A stretch of DNA of 33,271 nucleotides from Patescibacteria group bacterium (GCA_004298405.1 SCSL01000037.1:1-33271); one strand, 5' to 3'. Shown: positions 6,918-15,974, counted from the first letter of the stretch. Numbers and translations are program-made. Notes: generated by a model from the letters alone, not told the origin.

Positions 6918-9218
6918 ATGGCTTCGTCACTTTATCGACGACTGACCGATCCTGTCGTCCGTCGTGTTGTCGAGGAAATCGCCGAGAGGGCGATCCGCGA
7001 AGAAGCGGCGTCAGGTAGCGGTGGTAATGAGAATGCGATCGCCAAGCGGTTTTTCCGTTTGGTCTTTGGCAACGATTCGCCTGTCCGACAGGTGATCAAC
7101 GCGCTTCCCGGCGGACGTTACACTCCTCATGTTGGTCTCACGCTCGTGGCGGAGTATCTGCGCGAGCGTGCCGACCAGCTCCTTCCAGGTGACACCAGAC
7201 CGGTTGTTCGTAGTCTCCGCGAAGTGCTCCGTCATGTCGCTCCCACCCTGGAAGGGGTTGGCGACGCGGCGGCGGACGTCCTGGAAACGCGGATCGATGC
7301 GAGCATCGACGCCGCGAAGGCTCCCTCAGGTGTGGCCGGTGCCCCCAAGGGAGTTCTGGACAGATGCCGTATCTGGTACGTGGACGGCAGAACCGTCCTC
7401 ATCATCCCCCTGATCCAGAATGATGTCGCCAAGCCCGACGCGTTTGGTGACCCGATTCCGCAGGGCTTGGCTCCTGACCTCATGGCTCGCTGGCTGAGCG
7501 AGGAGTTCACCAAGCAAAGGACCAAGCAGGTTCCTAATCCCAACGGAAAGGGCACTCGCGAGGTACCGATCCCTCCGACCAAGCGACAGCTTACCGGGGA
7601 GGTCGGCCTCAAGGTCTGCATGAGCCTCATCGGAGGTCCGGCGGGCATCACGCGCGAGCAGTTCGAGCTCCTCCAGAAGCTTCTCACTCCAGAGGGTTCC
7701 TGGGAGTCCCAGATCAGCCCACGGGTTCACGTTGTTCTCTCGTGGCTGATCGATGTCCTGTCCTTCGTTCCTCTGACCCTCACTCCTCTTCAGCGGCAGG
7801 AGATCGAGGATCTCGTCCAAACGCTGAGGGCTCGCAGGACGGATCCTGAATGGGTCAACCAGCGGCTGGGGCGTTTCGAGGATGAGGTGAAGAAGTTCCC
7901 GCTCAACCGGGGCCGCTCCTACAACGATGCGGACATTGCCCGCATCCGCGTTCTCGTCGCCCGCATCCGCGACGAGATCGACGTTACGCTGGGAGGAGAG
8001 CAGTCGGTTACCACCCAGGTCCGCAAGGGTCTGGCCATGGTGCCCGAGGTTCTCACCCGCGTGCGGGAGGTTCTGCGCGATTCGGCGCCGTGGCTTTCCA
8101 CGGGCGCCTGGGTGTGGTTGGCCGCGCTCATCGCGGCAGTCATCCTCCTGCTCATCGGCATCCTCGCGCCAGTGGGCGGAAAGGTGGAGGTTGACTCCCT
8201 CGTCCCTGTGGGCGTGATGTTCGGCTCACTGTTGAGCGCGCTTCTGGTTCTTGGTGTATCTTGGCGGCCGCTTCTGGCGACCGGCATCATCACTGGCTTC
8301 CTGATCTACGCATCAGCAGGTGAGTCTTCCACTGCTGTCGTTGCCCTGTGCGCGGTCGCGGGTGGAATCCTCGGATTTATCATCACCTGGCCGGTTCCAT
8401 TCCTCCAGGTGTTCATGAACATCATCCGCGGGATTTTCCCCGGTCAGGCCTCCGGTCTCACGGAAGAATCCCTCAAGAGTGTCGGGCGAAGGATTGCCGC
8501 CTTCTCCCTGTGTGTGGGCGCGGGCATACTGCCGCTTGCAGTCTGGCTCGAGTTCTCGTTCTTCTTCCGGATTCTGATTGTGTCCCTGGGGGGTCTGCTC
8601 CCCATCGGGATCATGTTCGGCCTCAAGGAGACGGGAGCAGAAGGTACCTACGCCGCCGAGACGCTGGCGCGCAAGGCGCTCCTGCGGGTGAACACGGTCT
8701 TCGGAACCCTGGTGATTCCGGTGGTCGTCGCGGCCGGGCTCTGGACCGTCTATAGTGGGTCTCACAAGTCGGACAAGACCACTCCCATCACCGGACCGGC
8801 ATTCATGAGTAAGGTGGTCGACGAGTCCATCGCTGGAGCCAAGGCAGGTGCACAGGCAACGGGTCCCTGGTTCTCGGGGCTTGAGGTGTGGCACTACGCG
8901 CTTGCCGCGGGCGTACTCCTCGTCCTCCTCTTCCTCCTGTTTGGAGGATCCAAGCAGAGTGGAAGCAGTGACCGTTTCTCGGCACTTTCCTCCGTGCTCC
9001 TGGGCGCCCTCTTCGTTGGGCTTCTGGTGGGCGGAGGCATGATGGTCCTTGAAGGGCTGGACAAGATCGGGAGCTGGTTCGAAGATGATCCAGCGCCGGT
9101 CTCGGCTCCCGTGCAGGTTCAACAGTCCCCTCCCAAGGTCAAGAAGCCCACCCGTAGGGAGCTTTGCGACCAGGGGAGGATCGACTTCCAGACCTGTCAG
9201 GAATGGGGCTATAAGTAG
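6918..9218 (+). CDS. Large GC-rich hypothetical membrane protein (soluble N-half, multi-TM C-half)
   Basis: About 766-aa ORF; GGGAG upstream of ATG 6918; roughly 10 hydrophobic segments after residue ~395; C-terminal C-x8-C. No family recognised. Confidence 0.75.
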   Translation: MASSLYRRLTDPVVRRVVEEIAERAIREEAASGSGGNENAIAKRFFRLVFGNDSPVRQVINALPGGRYTPHVGLTLVAEYLRERADQLLPGDTRPVVRSLREVLRHVAPTLEGVGDAAADVLETRIDASIDAAKAPSGVAGAPKGVLDRCRIWYVDGRTVLIIPLIQNDVAKPDAFGDPIPQGLAPDLMARWLSEEFTKQRTKQVPNPNGKGTREVPIPPTKRQLTGEVGLKVCMSLIGGPAGITREQFELLQKLLTPEGSWESQISPRVHVVLSWLIDVLSFVPLTLTPLQRQEIEDLVQTLRARRTDPEWVNQRLGRFEDEVKKFPLNRGRSYNDADIARIRVLVARIRDEIDVTLGGEQSVTTQVRKGLAMVPEVLTRVREVLRDSAPWLSTGAWVWLAALIAAVILLLIGILAPVGGKVEVDSLVPVGVMFGSLLSALLVLGVSWRPLLATGIITGFLIYASAGESSTAVVALCAVAGGILGFIITWPVPFLQVFMNIIRGIFPGQASGLTEESLKSVGRRIAAFSLCVGAGILPLAVWLEFSFFFRILIVSLGGLLPIGIMFGLKETGAEGTYAAETLARKALLRVNTVFGTLVIPVVVAAGLWTVYSGSHKSDKTTPITGPAFMSKVVDESIAGAKAGAQATGPWFSGLEVWHYALAAGVLLVLLFLLFGGSKQSGSSDRFSALSSVLLGALFVGLLVGGGMMVLEGLDKIGSWFEDDPAPVSAPVQVQQSPPKVKKPTRRELCDQGRIDFQTCQEWGYK

Positions 9219-9227
9219 AACAAACTC

Positions 9228-9256
9228 GCGGCTATCTTCAGAGATAGCCGTTTTCT
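9228..9256 (+). terminator. Intrinsic terminator
   Basis: CGGCTATCT-TCAG-AGATAGCCG-TTTT. Confidence 0.75.
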
Positions 9257-9257
9257 A

Positions 9258-9305
9258 TTGACGAAATGGGCAAAATATGCTATTTTGTCCCGTTCTTTCA
9301 AAACT
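9258..9305 (+). promoter_or_regulatory. Promoter followed by a boxA-like motif
   Basis: TTGACG, 17-nt spacer, TGn-TATTTT (9281-9286), then GTTCTTTCAAAACT (9292-9305). Confidence 0.6.
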
Positions 9306-9322
9306 AAATCTCGGAGGAAGCA

Positions 9323-9838
9323 ATGAGATACAGCATCCCGTTCCTGTTCATGGTCGCGGTCGTTGCCCTTGCGGGTTGTACGACCCTTCACCACCAGGAC
9401 CCGAAGACGGGTCTGGAAGTCACCTACACCGGCCCTGCCAGCGACGCGGTCGAGCTGGTGCACGCGACCGACCCCCGTCCTTTCGAGATGGCCCAGCAGG
9501 CCATGGAAGAGGGGATGGTGACGAGCCTGGCACGTGACGCGGACGGCGATGTTCGCTTCCAGGCCGGGTACCCCTACTCCGGCTACTCGCTCGGCGGCAA
9601 CGTCGGCGGGTATGCCCAGGGGAATGTGGGGTTCGTTCCCGGTCAGGGATTCGTGGTCGGCCCCCCGATCTCGACCCTGCCCCCGCTCTCTACCCAAGTG
9701 GTGGTGGGCGTTTCCGCTCAGACTGGTGACGGGGCGATCGTGCCCTGTCCCAAGGATCGCAAACCAAGAACCGTTGCCGAGCAGGCCGCATGCGCCCTGC
9801 TTAGCGCCAAGACGGCTCTTGAGCGGTCAGACGATTGA
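9323..9838 (+). CDS. GC-rich hypothetical lipoprotein
   Basis: Signal peptide with lipobox LAGC; GGAGG RBS; Gly/Tyr-rich middle; C-terminal Cys pair. Confidence 0.75.
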   Translation: MRYSIPFLFMVAVVALAGCTTLHHQDPKTGLEVTYTGPASDAVELVHATDPRPFEMAQQAMEEGMVTSLARDADGDVRFQAGYPYSGYSLGGNVGGYAQGNVGFVPGQGFVVGPPISTLPPLSTQVVVGVSAQTGDGAIVPCPKDRKPRTVAEQAACALLSAKTALERSDD

Positions 9839-9886
9839 GGTCGGACGGGGGAATAGGCTCTCGTTCGACTAAAGGTCTCGCTTCAC

Positions 9887-9928
9887 AGCCACTTTAGTGG
9901 CGTTGTACTAGACGGGACTGAAGTCCCT
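9887..9928. repeat. REP-like doublet 4 (compensatory variant)
   Basis: AGCCACTTTAGTGGCGTT ... GACGGGACTGAAGTCCCT, enclosed by CTTCACAG/CTGTGAAG (9881-9934). Confidence 0.8.
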
Positions 9929-10006
9929 GTGAAGTCCGGGACTGAGTTAACGAGTTCCATTCCCAAAATAGGCGGGGTCCCTTGACCTCGCTAAACCAGG
10001 AGTCCG

Positions 10007-10894
10007 ATGATGAAGTTCTTCCCCATTTTCCTCTCCCTCCTCTTCCCCCTCCCCACCGTGGCGCAAGACGCGCAGGTCCTGACCGTCCAGCAGATACTGG
10101 ATCAGTGTCGGGATCAGTGGGGGGACCGCACCTCCGCCGTGGCGCAGTGCGTCACGAGCCTCCGCCTCGCCGCGGGTGAGTCGCGGGACAGGCAGATCGT
10201 CGCCCGCTTGGGCGAAGGCGAAGAGCGCGACGGGGAAATCCTCGAGCGCATCGACGCCCTCGACAAGAAGGTCGACAAGCTCGCTTCTCGACCGACCCAG
10301 GCCACCCAGCCTGCCCCAACCGCTCCGGTGGTGCAGACCGCACCGACCACCTCGGTCGGCGGCGTGATCTACGGCCGCACCGCCGTTGTAAACTGGACGC
10401 CCGTGGTCCAGCCGACTGTGGTGTCGATCCACTCCCTCACAGGGATGGTTCCCGACACGCTTCATCTCACTGACCTCGACCACCCCACCGCCCGTAGGGA
10501 TTGCGGCGGCGTGGGCGCTCCCCTGGTGGTCTTCTTCGACCACGGCGTGCCGGTGGGCAACATCTTTGCCCCAGCGGGAGCTCCCACAGGTTTCGTCGAG
10601 GTCTACTGGGACCGTCAGAACGACGGAACCCCAGACGGCACCGTCTGGGCGCTGGATCTCGCGAGCCAGAGCGATGTCTGGATCACGTGGGGTCTGAAAA
10701 ACGACCTCACAATCCGGTACCTCCGACCCGGAGGTCAGATCGCGGTGCAGGGTCTCCCTCTGCAAACGGTCTACCACCCAACCGTTCGCGCCGAGGCCTC
10801 CGCCTCCGGTTCGATCGGGTGCAAGAGGTGGGACGGAGCCCGTCGTGGTGGTCACCAGACCATCTCGGCCGGGAGTCTCGAACAGATATGGTGA
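10007..10894 (+). CDS. GC-rich hypothetical secreted protein
   Basis: AGGAG RBS, signal peptide, short coiled-coil (LERIDALDKKVDKL), Pro/Thr linker, beta-rich C-domain. No family recognised. Confidence 0.75.
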   Translation: MMKFFPIFLSLLFPLPTVAQDAQVLTVQQILDQCRDQWGDRTSAVAQCVTSLRLAAGESRDRQIVARLGEGEERDGEILERIDALDKKVDKLASRPTQATQPAPTAPVVQTAPTTSVGGVIYGRTAVVNWTPVVQPTVVSIHSLTGMVPDTLHLTDLDHPTARRDCGGVGAPLVVFFDHGVPVGNIFAPAGAPTGFVEVYWDRQNDGTPDGTVWALDLASQSDVWITWGLKNDLTIRYLRPGGQIAVQGLPLQTVYHPTVRAEASASGSIGCKRWDGARRGGHQTISAGSLEQIW

Positions 10895-10909
10895 CCCTAT
10901 ACGAAAACG

Positions 10910-11014
10910 GACCCTGGTCCTCGTCGAAACGCAACGCGCGTTCCGTCGAGAGGCCAGGGTCTTTCGATTTGCATAACAAAAAACTCGACCCTTTTGGACC
11001 GAGCTTTTTATTTT
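10910..11014. terminator. Two hairpins between convergent genes
   Basis: GACCCTGGTC.../...GGCCAGGGTC (10910-10961) plus TTT; imperfect AAAAAACTCG...CGAGCTTTTT hairpin. Confidence 0.55.
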
Positions 11015-11018
11015 GTAA

Positions 11019-11405
11019 CTACGAACCAGAAACTTCGGTAAGAGCCTCGATGACGAAGGCGGCAATCGCGTAGGCGGCGACAATGATCACCAGCCCAATG
11101 ACCGATTGGGAAAGAAGTTTTTTGGCTTTTTTCACTTTGTCATCCTCTCCTGCTGATGTGAGGTAAAGGAAACCGGCATAGACAACCAGAACAACGAAGA
11201 TGATACCCAGAACCGAGAGCAGGACTTTAATGATGTTTCCGATAAGCTCGGGCAGGTCATTCGTGGTTGCGTCTGTTCCGATGGCTGCTCCAACACTTTC
11301 AAGATCTGTTTTTGCATCAGAGAGCTGGGCAAGAGCTGTTGCTGGGAGTAAAAGCACGGGAAGGGTCGCGAGCCATGCGCTGGCTTTGAGAAAAAGTTTT
11401 TTCAT
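11019..11405 (-). CDS. TrbC/VirB2-like pilin (CPR type)
   Basis: Signal peptide ending ALA, then IIKVLLSVLGIIFVVLVVYAGFLYLTSAG...KVKKAK...SVIGLVIIVAAYAI. Confidence 0.85.
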   Translation of the reverse strand: MKKLFLKASAWLATLPVLLLPATALAQLSDAKTDLESVGAAIGTDATTNDLPELIGNIIKVLLSVLGIIFVVLVVYAGFLYLTSAGEDDKVKKAKKLLSQSVIGLVIIVAAYAIAAFVIEALTEVSGS

Positions 11406-11435
11406 AGATTGGGAGTGAATAAAAAGTGGGTTTGA

Positions 11436-11864
11436 TTAAGGGGTGGGTACAGCGGCCTCTGAGAGGGCAGTCACGACGTAACTTGTTATGGCATAAGCAC
11501 CAACAATGATGATGAGACCAATGATGGAACTCGTGAGCATCCCCTTTGCTTTTTTGATTTTGTCCGTATCACCTGTCGCAGTCATGTACAGAATACCTGC
11601 GTAGACTGTGATAATGAGAAAGACGATGCCTGTAGCCGCCAGCAATGTGCGGATCATGTTTCCAACGAAGTTGGGTAGTCTGAGCTCTGTTGAGTAGGTA
11701 GTTCCGGCGGCTGCGTTGAGTCCTTGCGTAATTGTGCCAGTAGCACTCGCATCTTCCGTTGTTCCTGTTGTTTGTGCAAAGCTCTGCTGTGGAGCAAGAA
11801 GAAACAGCGCGCTAACCATCACTGCTGTGAGGATCCCAAAGAACATCGGTCGAGATAAAGTCAT
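11436..11864 (-). CDS. TrbC/VirB2-like pilin (CPR type)
   Basis: YAGILYMTATGDTDKIKKAK...IIGLIIIVGAYAI. Start placed at MTLSRP. Confidence 0.85.
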   Translation of the reverse strand: MTLSRPMFFGILTAVMVSALFLLAPQQSFAQTTGTTEDASATGTITQGLNAAAGTTYSTELRLPNFVGNMIRTLLAATGIVFLIITVYAGILYMTATGDTDKIKKAKGMLTSSIIGLIIIVGAYAITSYVVTALSEAAVPTP

Positions 11865-11944
11865 AGAGTATTTGGGTTCACATAAAGGCACGAAGCTCGT
11901 ACCCTTATGCGAACCCCCATCGATAGCGATGGGGGTTAACGGTT

Positions 11945-12391
11945 CTATCCCCCTGCCGGTGTTGATGATCCAGATGTTGCAGTGATGATTGATTCGACGA
12001 CGAAACTGGCAATCGCATATGCCGCAATGACGATTACTAGACCAATGACTCCAGAAAAGATATATTGCTTTGCTTTCTTTGTCCTTTCTTCATTTCCACC
12101 AGAAGTGATCCATTTGAATCCACCCAAGAGAGTGATGACAACCGCAACGACCCCAAGGAATCCCAGGGCGATACGGATGATCCGTGCAATGGTATCGACC
12201 AGATTCGCCTCACCTAATCCTGCGGTCGCCGCAAACTCCTCTCCCGTGTTCTCACCACCGAATAGTTCGTCGGCTGTGAGCGCTTGCGCGGAGACACCAT
12301 GTACTCCCATCAGAGCAATGGCACAAAATGAGAGAGCCATCACCGCTCCAAGGAAATATCCCAGGTGCTTTTTAGTAAGAATGTTTGTCAT
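11945..12391 (-). CDS. TrbC/VirB2-like pilin (CPR type), probably the major one
   Basis: GGFKWITSGGNEERTKKAK...GVIGLVIVIAAYAI; strong GGAGGTG RBS; own upstream region. Confidence 0.85.
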   Translation of the reverse strand: MTNILTKKHLGYFLGAVMALSFCAIALMGVHGVSAQALTADELFGGENTGEEFAATAGLGEANLVDTIARIIRIALGFLGVVAVVITLLGGFKWITSGGNEERTKKAKQYIFSGVIGLVIVIAAYAIASFVVESIITATSGSSTPAGG

Positions 12392-12532
12392 AGACTTCAC
12401 CTCCCTTCGTAATAATCCTCCCGCCTATCTTGGCAAGGAAGAGCAAAGAGTTAGGAAATTTATTGAGTTAAAAATATGTTCTTAGCTATTTTACCGACTT
12501 TTTTGGGTTTCGGACATGGAGATATCCACAAA

Positions 12533-12593
12533 TAGGTGGTTAGAGCATTAGAGCGTTAGGGGATTAGGTTTTTTCTAACCACCTAGTACTCTA
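12533..12593. repeat. 8-bp-period TAG/CTA inverted tandem array
   Basis: TAG at 12533, 12541, 12549, 12557, 12565; CTA at 12575, 12583, 12591. Perfect IR TAGGTGGTTAGA/TCTAACCACCTA. Confidence 0.7.
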
Positions 12594-12923
12594 ACCAACG
12601 GTTCCGCTTTCAAGCGCGGACACGATCGCTTTGACAATTGCGTAGGCTCCAACAATGACGACCAGACCCAATGACGCCCACTTCATAACCTCCTTTCCTT
12701 TTTTTACATTGTCCGGCACTCCAGCGGAGATGAGCCAGAGGAATCCACCGTAAACGAACATCAAAAGCGCAACCGAACCGGTAATGCCTAGGACGGTTTG
12801 GATAAGACGACCAATGACCTCATTGATGTTCGTTGTCTCCAAAGGATTTGTGAGCACCGCGGCAGAAGCGAGAGATGGAAGAAGAACCAAGAATGCAATG
12901 AGGGAGAAAAAGATGTGAGGCAT
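12591..12923 (-). CDS. TrbC/VirB2-like pilin (CPR type)
   Basis: MPHIFF... signal, LTNPL, YGGFLWLISAGVPDNVKKGK...WASLGLVVIVGAYAIV. Starts 1 nt after the upstream stop. Confidence 0.85.
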   Translation of the reverse strand: MPHIFFSLIAFLVLLPSLASAAVLTNPLETTNINEVIGRLIQTVLGITGSVALLMFVYGGFLWLISAGVPDNVKKGKEVMKWASLGLVVIVGAYAIVKAIVSALESGTVG

Positions 12924-12924
12924 A

Positions 12925-13647
12925 CTAGTCTGCATAAAAATATTCAAGTTGGCAGCATTGGACGCTTTCGTCTCCAGGGCAGAGATTTTTTGAGCATAAT
13001 CCATATTGGTACGGATTTCCTTTATCACTACTTTCCGGAAAAGTGTCTGTGTCAATGCAGTCGTAATAATGAAGTGTTGTAAAGATTTCATCCTCACCTT
13101 TCACAGCGTCTGGATAAGTTTGTCGACATTTGCTCTCGCATCCGTGCTCTGTACAGGTTGAGTTCAGATCACATTCGACTCCGAGGGTATCCGTTCCTGT
13201 GCAGGCCTTGTAATTGCTTTCGACAGCCACTGTCCCATATCGCAAGGCTCCTTTGAGCGCGTAAATTCCCAGATAGGAAAACATAACGATGAGGAGACCA
13301 ACCGTGGAGACGGTCATGAATTTTTTCCCTTTGCTGACCATGTCTTTGTTTCCAGCAGAGGCAAGCCAAAAGAATCCTCCGATAATGTACATAAGCAAAA
13401 CGACTCCTCCGATAATTCCAACTACGTAGTTTCCTACGTTTACAATGACAGTGAGAATATCATTGAGCGTACAGTCACCTAAGTTTCCACAGCCTTCAGA
13501 AATTCCTTTCATAAACGGTCCTACTTCTGACTCCGAGCAAGTGGAAGCTCCTCCAGACGGACAGATGTTGGAATTATAGGCGGCAAAGCTTGCCTTTGGG
13601 AGAAGGATGATCGTCAATAAGAGACAAAAGAGCGCGAGGCGTTTCAT
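12925..13647 (-). CDS. Pilin-domain protein with Cys-rich extensions
   Basis: Core GGFFWLASAGNKDMVSKGK...VGLLIVMFSY, flanked by Cys-rich regions ending LCPGDESVQCC. Confidence 0.8.
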   Translation of the reverse strand: MKRLALFCLLLTIILLPKASFAAYNSNICPSGGASTCSESEVGPFMKGISEGCGNLGDCTLNDILTVIVNVGNYVVGIIGGVVLLMYIIGGFFWLASAGNKDMVSKGKKFMTVSTVGLLIVMFSYLGIYALKGALRYGTVAVESNYKACTGTDTLGVECDLNSTCTEHGCESKCRQTYPDAVKGEDEIFTTLHYYDCIDTDTFPESSDKGNPYQYGLCSKNLCPGDESVQCCQLEYFYAD

Positions 13648-15017
13648 AGACTTTGGTTCACTTTGTTTTGTGCGTCTTTGAGAGCTCGCTCCTGATCTGC
13701 CCCTGCAATGAAGTCATCGATCAAATCCAAGAGCGCTTCTTCTGCTACGGATGCGTTTGAGCCCTTATACCAAGATTCAGCGGTAAGGGTTTGTCCTGCA
13801 AAGATGGAAAGGACTTCATCCTCCAGTTGTGAATTGATGAGACTGCGTAAAGCGGCAGGTTTGTTTGCTTCCTCCAGGTAGCTTGTGACTTGCTCTTCGC
13901 TTGCCGCAAATTGCACGAAGTCCCATGCCCAATCGCCCGCATCGGTGGACTTAGCAACAGTTTCTACCCAGTAGTTGGCATAATTAACCGTCTTGCCTCC
14001 ATCAATTTGCGGGAGAGGAGAAACAGCGAAATTCAATTTAGAATTGCCCGCACGAATCAGGTCGTAGTGGTACGAGTAGCCAAAGAAAAACGCTGTGTTA
14101 CCAGATGTGAACGCATCAAATGAGGCTGGCATATCCTCGTTCCAGGTGTAGACCGCTTTGAGGGGATTGGCGAAGTCTGTGTAAAACCGAACGGCTTCTC
14201 CTCCCAAAAATCCTGCATCTGTCTCTTGGGCAAACGCTACGCGACCTCGCGAGTCCGTCATCTGTGTGCCATTTTGCATCATGAGGATCGAGAGAAGATC
14301 AAAAGCGCGTTCGACATTTCTGCTCGTTCCAATCGCGGCTCCAGCCTGGACAATGGTATCGCTCGTGTTGATCTGCGTGAGTTGTGTGACTTGGTCTTGA
14401 AATTGGGTCCAGGTGGTTGGAGGCTCAGGGATTCCTGCGGCGTTCAAAAGGTCTTTGTTGTAAAAAAGAGCCAGTGAATCCATTCCTAAAGGTAGGCCAA
14501 AAATACGATCCTCAGCCTCTGCCTTGCTGTTTGCTTTGTAGGAGCGCAGGACATCCTCTACAACAACATCCACATAATCACTCTTGAGGGCGCGTTCAGA
14601 CATAGTCGGTTCCTCTTGAACTGTGTACACGGTTTCCTTTTTGATCGTACCGCGTGTTTCTGAGTAGGGAATCGTGAGCGAATCTGGTATGGGCTGGATC
14701 AAACTTTCGTATTTTCCAAGCCAGGTATTATGCAGGGAAAAAATGTCCGGTCCTTCTCCTTCGGCAAAGGCGCGGATAAGTTCGTCTTCGTACTCGTCAT
14801 ATCGCAGTTCACGATAGGAGAAGGAGATATTAGGATGGAGGGCTTTGTACGCACTCATGATTCCGCTCAACGTGCTGTCATCATCAAATACACGCCAGAT
14901 GGTGAGGGTCACTGGGGTGGTCGCGAGTTTTTCTGCCGTACTTGATCCACCACAACCGGCCCCCAATAGGATGATTGGGAGAAGCAGGATCGCGATAGAT
15001 CGACGAAAAGACGTCAT
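13644..15017 (-). CDS. Extracellular solute-binding lipoprotein (sugar ABC SBP family 1), no permease nearby
   Basis: Lipobox LLGAGC; GEGPDIF; GLPLGMDSLALFYNKDLL; PPTTW. Confidence 0.85.
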   Translation of the reverse strand: MTSFRRSIAILLLPIILLGAGCGGSSTAEKLATTPVTLTIWRVFDDDSTLSGIMSAYKALHPNISFSYRELRYDEYEDELIRAFAEGEGPDIFSLHNTWLGKYESLIQPIPDSLTIPYSETRGTIKKETVYTVQEEPTMSERALKSDYVDVVVEDVLRSYKANSKAEAEDRIFGLPLGMDSLALFYNKDLLNAAGIPEPPTTWTQFQDQVTQLTQINTSDTIVQAGAAIGTSRNVERAFDLLSILMMQNGTQMTDSRGRVAFAQETDAGFLGGEAVRFYTDFANPLKAVYTWNEDMPASFDAFTSGNTAFFFGYSYHYDLIRAGNSKLNFAVSPLPQIDGGKTVNYANYWVETVAKSTDAGDWAWDFVQFAASEEQVTSYLEEANKPAALRSLINSQLEDEVLSIFAGQTLTAESWYKGSNASVAEEALLDLIDDFIAGADQERALKDAQNKVNQSL

Positions 15018-15892
15018 AGCGTTTTACACGTTTGTTTCAAATAGCGTTTGAAGTCATTTCCTGTCTCATCATGTTTGAGACCAAGTTCGACTTGGGCCTT
15101 GAGAAATCCGAGTTTGTTTCCGCAGTCGTAGCGCGTACCTGCGAATTTACATCCGTAGAGGGCCTTTCCCTGGTTGATTCGAGTGATAAACGCGTCAGCG
15201 AGTCGGATTTCCCCATCTTTTCCTGCGGCTTGCTTGGGTAAGATATGAAAAATTTCTGGGGTCAGGATGTATCGGCCGATCACAATGAGGTCTGAAGGAG
15301 CCTCTTTTTCGGCTGGTTTTTCGACGAAGCGATCAATCTGCCAAACGGAAGGCTCCACCCGCTTTCCTCCGATCACACCGAATCGTGAGACTTCACTTTT
15401 AGGAACTTTTTGCAGAGCCATCACGGGGTCGCCATACGTTTCGTACACGTCCATAAGTTGACGCAAGGCTGGACGATGGTCGTTGTCGATGATGTCGTCA
15501 CCAAACAGCACGGCAACAGGTTCATGTTTATCAATGAAGGGGAGAGCCGCGAGTACGGCGTGGCCATCTCCAAGCGGTTTGGTCTGGCGCACAAAGGCGA
15601 AGTGGGCGAGCCTTGCGATTTTTTTCACGACATCAAGTTCGCGATTTTTCTTTTTCTGCTCAAGTCGGTACTCAAGCTCGAAGTTGCGATCAAAGTGATC
15701 CTCGATGGCGCGCTTTCCGATGGCAGTGACGAAGATAATTTCTTCGATCCCGCTTGCAACCGCCTCCTCGACGATGTACTGGATGACGGGTTTGTCGACA
15801 ACGGCGAGCATTTCTTTTGGTTGGGCTTTGGCCGCGGGAAGAAATCGAGTCCCCATGCCAGCGACGGGGATAATGGCTTTGCGAATTTTCAT
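15014..15892 (-). CDS. galU: UTP--glucose-1-phosphate uridylyltransferase
   Basis: KAIIPVAGMGTRFLPA, KEML, DKPVIQY, RQTKPLGDGHAV, VEKP, GRYIL, DCGNKLG. Confidence 0.95.
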   Translation of the reverse strand: MKIRKAIIPVAGMGTRFLPAAKAQPKEMLAVVDKPVIQYIVEEAVASGIEEIIFVTAIGKRAIEDHFDRNFELEYRLEQKKKNRELDVVKKIARLAHFAFVRQTKPLGDGHAVLAALPFIDKHEPVAVLFGDDIIDNDHRPALRQLMDVYETYGDPVMALQKVPKSEVSRFGVIGGKRVEPSVWQIDRFVEKPAEKEAPSDLIVIGRYILTPEIFHILPKQAAGKDGEIRLADAFITRINQGKALYGCKFAGTRYDCGNKLGFLKAQVELGLKHDETGNDFKRYLKQTCKTL

Positions 15893-15947
15893 AGTTCGAT
15901 AGACTCACTACTTCAGTACGTGACCCATTGTAGCGCAAAAACAGGAA

Positions 15948-15974
15948 GAAAAAAACGCTCCGGTGTGGAGCGTT
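15948..15974 (-). terminator. Intrinsic terminator
   Basis: Minus strand AACGCTCC-ACACC-GGAGCGTT plus T-run. Confidence 0.7.

Noticed and set aside
9947-11083. 378-aa minus-strand ORF (also 8313-9122 and 9209-9697)
   Set aside because: Antisense shadows of GC-rich genes. The plus-strand ORFs have RBS, signal peptides and terminators.
12924-13097. Long N-terminal extensions in the ORF track (also 27395-27640, 17463-17528, 32467-32568)
   Set aside because: They overlap neighbouring genes or regulatory gaps; downstream ATGs give family-typical N-termini.
11019-13647. Conjugative type IV secretion system
   Set aside because: No VirB4, VirD4 or relaxase in the window; tandem VirB2-like pilins alone are usual in CPR.
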